Shown here one piece after another: positions 17,371-19,676 of a stretch of 19,676 nucleotides of DNA. This DNA comes from Paramoeba atlantica (taxonomy: Eukaryota; Protista; Discosea). The notes under the pieces are model-generated. The model was not told the origin of the DNA and did not search any database. It was given only the letters and a program-made list of their open reading frames with translations. Both the position numbers and the translations under genes were made by a program. Numbering within the stretch: position 1 is the stretch's first letter; the number at the start of each line of letters is the position of its first letter. The stretch covers positions 1 through 19,676 of the forward strand of contig CDRNVI010000209.1 in the NCBI GenBank assembly GCA_977017575.1, read 5' to 3'.

Positions 17371-19576
17371 CTAGGTATCATTTTTCGACCAGAAAACAGA
17401 TTCAGAGTTACTGACAGGACTTTTCCCTATGGTTGAGAGAATGAACATTTTGATTGTTTTTAGTTTTTCATTGTTATTTTCTTCTCTCCTTTTGCAATCT
17501 TATAATAAAATGAATATAAAACCTGGTCTCCAAGAAACACATCCATAATCTGAACATTCCAGGTCCCCTAAAAGATTATTGTCTTAAGAAAGAGACAAGG
17601 AAAAAAGAGGGGAAAAAATTGAAAAGAGAATAGAACCCCACTTATTTCATCCCAGAAATATGGTGTTGATAATTTTGAGTTGTTGTACTAAAAAAAAAAA
17701 TTAAAATTTTTTAATTAAAAGTCAATTTTTCATTTTGAAAATATTCTTCAACATTCTCATCTTTTCAAAAGAGAAAGAAGAAAAAAAGGATACCTCAAAA
17801 GCTGAGTATCTGTTAGCTGTTGAAAAAAAAAGTACATCTGTTTTTAAAAAAAATAAGAATTAAAATCTCCAATTTACTTTCTCTATTCTATTTCTCTTCA
17901 CTGTCCTCTTTGTTACCTCTGAACACATAATTCTCAGGGTATTCCAAAACTTGTTCAAACACCATACTTCCCAATTCAGTTGCTGTTGGTTTCTCCAAAT
18001 TCTATTAGAAAGAGAAAGAGAAAGGAGAGTAAGTATTTAAAAAAAACCAAAAGAAAAAGGAATAAAAAAACTAACTTTGAGATCAGCCCTTCCAGCTTCA
18101 CTCACAACAAACACATGGATAGCTCCATGTAACAAACTTTGGATATTATCCTCCTTTTTAAAAAATAAGAGAATGTGAATGAAAGAGGAGAGGGGAGAGG
18201 GGAGAGAGGAGAGAAGAGAAGGAGGAGAGAGACCTGTTCTTTCAGGGAACAACTTGGTGAATAAATAAAAAAAGCAATGAACCTCTGAGAGACAGAGGCT
18301 CCACCACTTACAAAACAATCCCTAAATGAAAGAATTAGAGAGAAAAAAGAAATAGAAAATGAAAAAAAAAATGAGACATAGGGGAATTTGTACAACAATT
18401 ACCAGTCACAGTAACCAGAGAGAGATACTCAAATGTTGTCTGTTTGTTCAAATTAAAATCCTTTTTCTCTTTCTTTTCTCTTTACTCATAAAAATACCGA
18501 TTCAAAAATCTCAAGATTGTACAGATTCAAATCGAATTGTGACATTTTGATTTGCCTGCTATCTTCCAACTAAAAAGAAAAGGGTTGTCAGAAAAGGGTC
18601 AGAAAAGAGAGGAAAAGAGAGGAAAAGTGAGAAAGAACAACCTTAAGCCAATTTGAAGTGCCACTTTCATTGTATCCAAAAGGCTTAGAAAAAAATTAGA
18701 AAAAAAGAAGAAAGAGAAGAAAAGAAGAGAGGGAAAATGAAACCCTATTCAAATGAACTACAGTTCTTGAGGGGGACATTACTGAAATTTGTAAATCCCC
18801 AGCATGAGGGTGTTGAGTTGTTAGAACCACCTAAAAGAAAAGAAAAAAGAAAGAAAAGAAAAGATAAGATAAAAAGACTCAAAATCAAAAAAAGAATAGA
18901 AAGAAATAAAAGAAGAACAAGAACCTCAACATGTTGCAAATAACCATCCATCCTTGGTCTACAACAAAAGATGAACAGAGTGAAGAAAAAAGAGAGAAAT
19001 GATAAAAGGGAGAGAGAAAGAGAGAGAAAAAGGACAAGAGAGAGAAAGAGAAGAAAACCCATCAAAGGGAATCTCGAGAACTACACCATTACTATCCGGA
19101 ATTTCTAATGGCCCTTCCCTAATGATGGAAAGAAGAGAGAAAAAAGAAAAAAGAAGAAGAAATTGGTGAGGATCCTTTTTCTATCTCTCTCCTCCTCTCT
19201 CTTCTCTCAAACAAACCAGACAAGCGATATTTTCTTTCTTTTGGGGTCATGTTGACTTTCGTATTTTTCGACATAATCAAGAGCAGCCCCAGGATTAATC
19301 ATTCCAAACCTATTTTATTTTGTTCAGAGAAGAGAGAAGAGAGAGAAGAAACAACAAAGTAAATAAAAACCCATAATCATAATGAAAGCGTCGAGCAGCT
19401 CCGTTTTTCTTCCAGCCACGAGGACGGGAACATTGAACCTATTTTTGTTGTAAAAAAAAAAGGAAGAAGAGAGAAAAGAAAAGAGAAAAGAAAAAGAGAG
19501 AGAAAAAAAATGGGGACTTGAAGCGGTTTCCATCAACAACAAAATGAACATCTTGCCATGCCAAAGTATTGTCCTT
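17371..19576 (-). CDS. 3' part of a kexin/furin-like subtilase (end of S8 domain, P domain, unknown C-terminus); 16 small exons; gene continues beyond the window
   Basis: Exons read by hand: 19576-~19518, 19438-19371, 19309-19217, 19118-19059, 18958-18925, 18830-18744, 18683-18642, 18569-18498, 18439-18403, 18321-18234, 18150-18076, 18001-17917, 17837-17794, 17687-17642, 17582-17523, 17426-17371. They give LAWQDV..., GWKKNGAARRFHYDYGFGMINPGAAL, EIPDSNGVVLEIPFDG, LQHVEVVLTTQHPHAGDLQISVMSPSRTVVHLNR. Phases match except at two places. Confidence 0.82.
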
Positions 19577-19676
19577 CTATTTTTACAAAAAATTTGGTTT
19601 TTTTTGGTTTTTTGGTTTTTTGGTTTTTTTTCTTCCTTTTCTAATAAATATTTCTTTCTTCTTTGGCCCCTTCTCT

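Noticed and set aside
18037-19551. Listed ORFs 18037-18318, 18102-18398, 18737-18943, 18745-19065 and 19324-19551 as separate genes
   Set aside because: They are read-throughs of CT-rich introns or antisense frames of the spliced subtilase gene.
1-19676. CRISPR array or prokaryotic operon
   Set aside because: There is no repeat-spacer structure, and telomere, introns and retroelements mark the window as eukaryotic nuclear DNA.

Overview
This window is a left chromosome end of an AT-rich, intron-dense eukaryote. The telomere is about 106 units of CCCTAAA (Arabidopsis-type TTTAGGG, which does not by itself indicate a plant). Moving inward: (1) a CpG-depleted subtelomere with a 41-bp duplication at the telomere junction, a truncated 3' piece of a Copia element, a decayed gag/ORF1-like frame with a CCHC knuckle, and a fold-back repeat. 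(2) A full-length, mutationally inactivated Ty1/Copia element (3638-9014) with 283-bp LTRs ending TG...TA, a TTACC target duplication, and a primer-binding site complementary to the 5' half of tRNA-Lys(CUU). A tRNA-headed SINE with a 16-bp TSD interrupts its integrase. (3) A 7.25-kb CpG-rich DNA element (9271-16524) with perfect 43-bp TIRs and a TA duplication. It carries four genes (+,-,+,-): a RAG1/Transib/Chapaev-like transposase, a TET/JBP-like 2OG-Fe(II) dioxygenase tail-to-tail with it, and two unknown genes. (4) The 3' part of a many-exon kexin/furin-like subtilase gene on the minus strand, absent from the ORF track. The best candidate for a new system is the TIR element pairing a RAG1-like transposase with a TET/JBP-like enzyme in a region otherwise eroded by C:G>T:A changes. 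All protein family calls come from motif recognition by eye; no database search was run.
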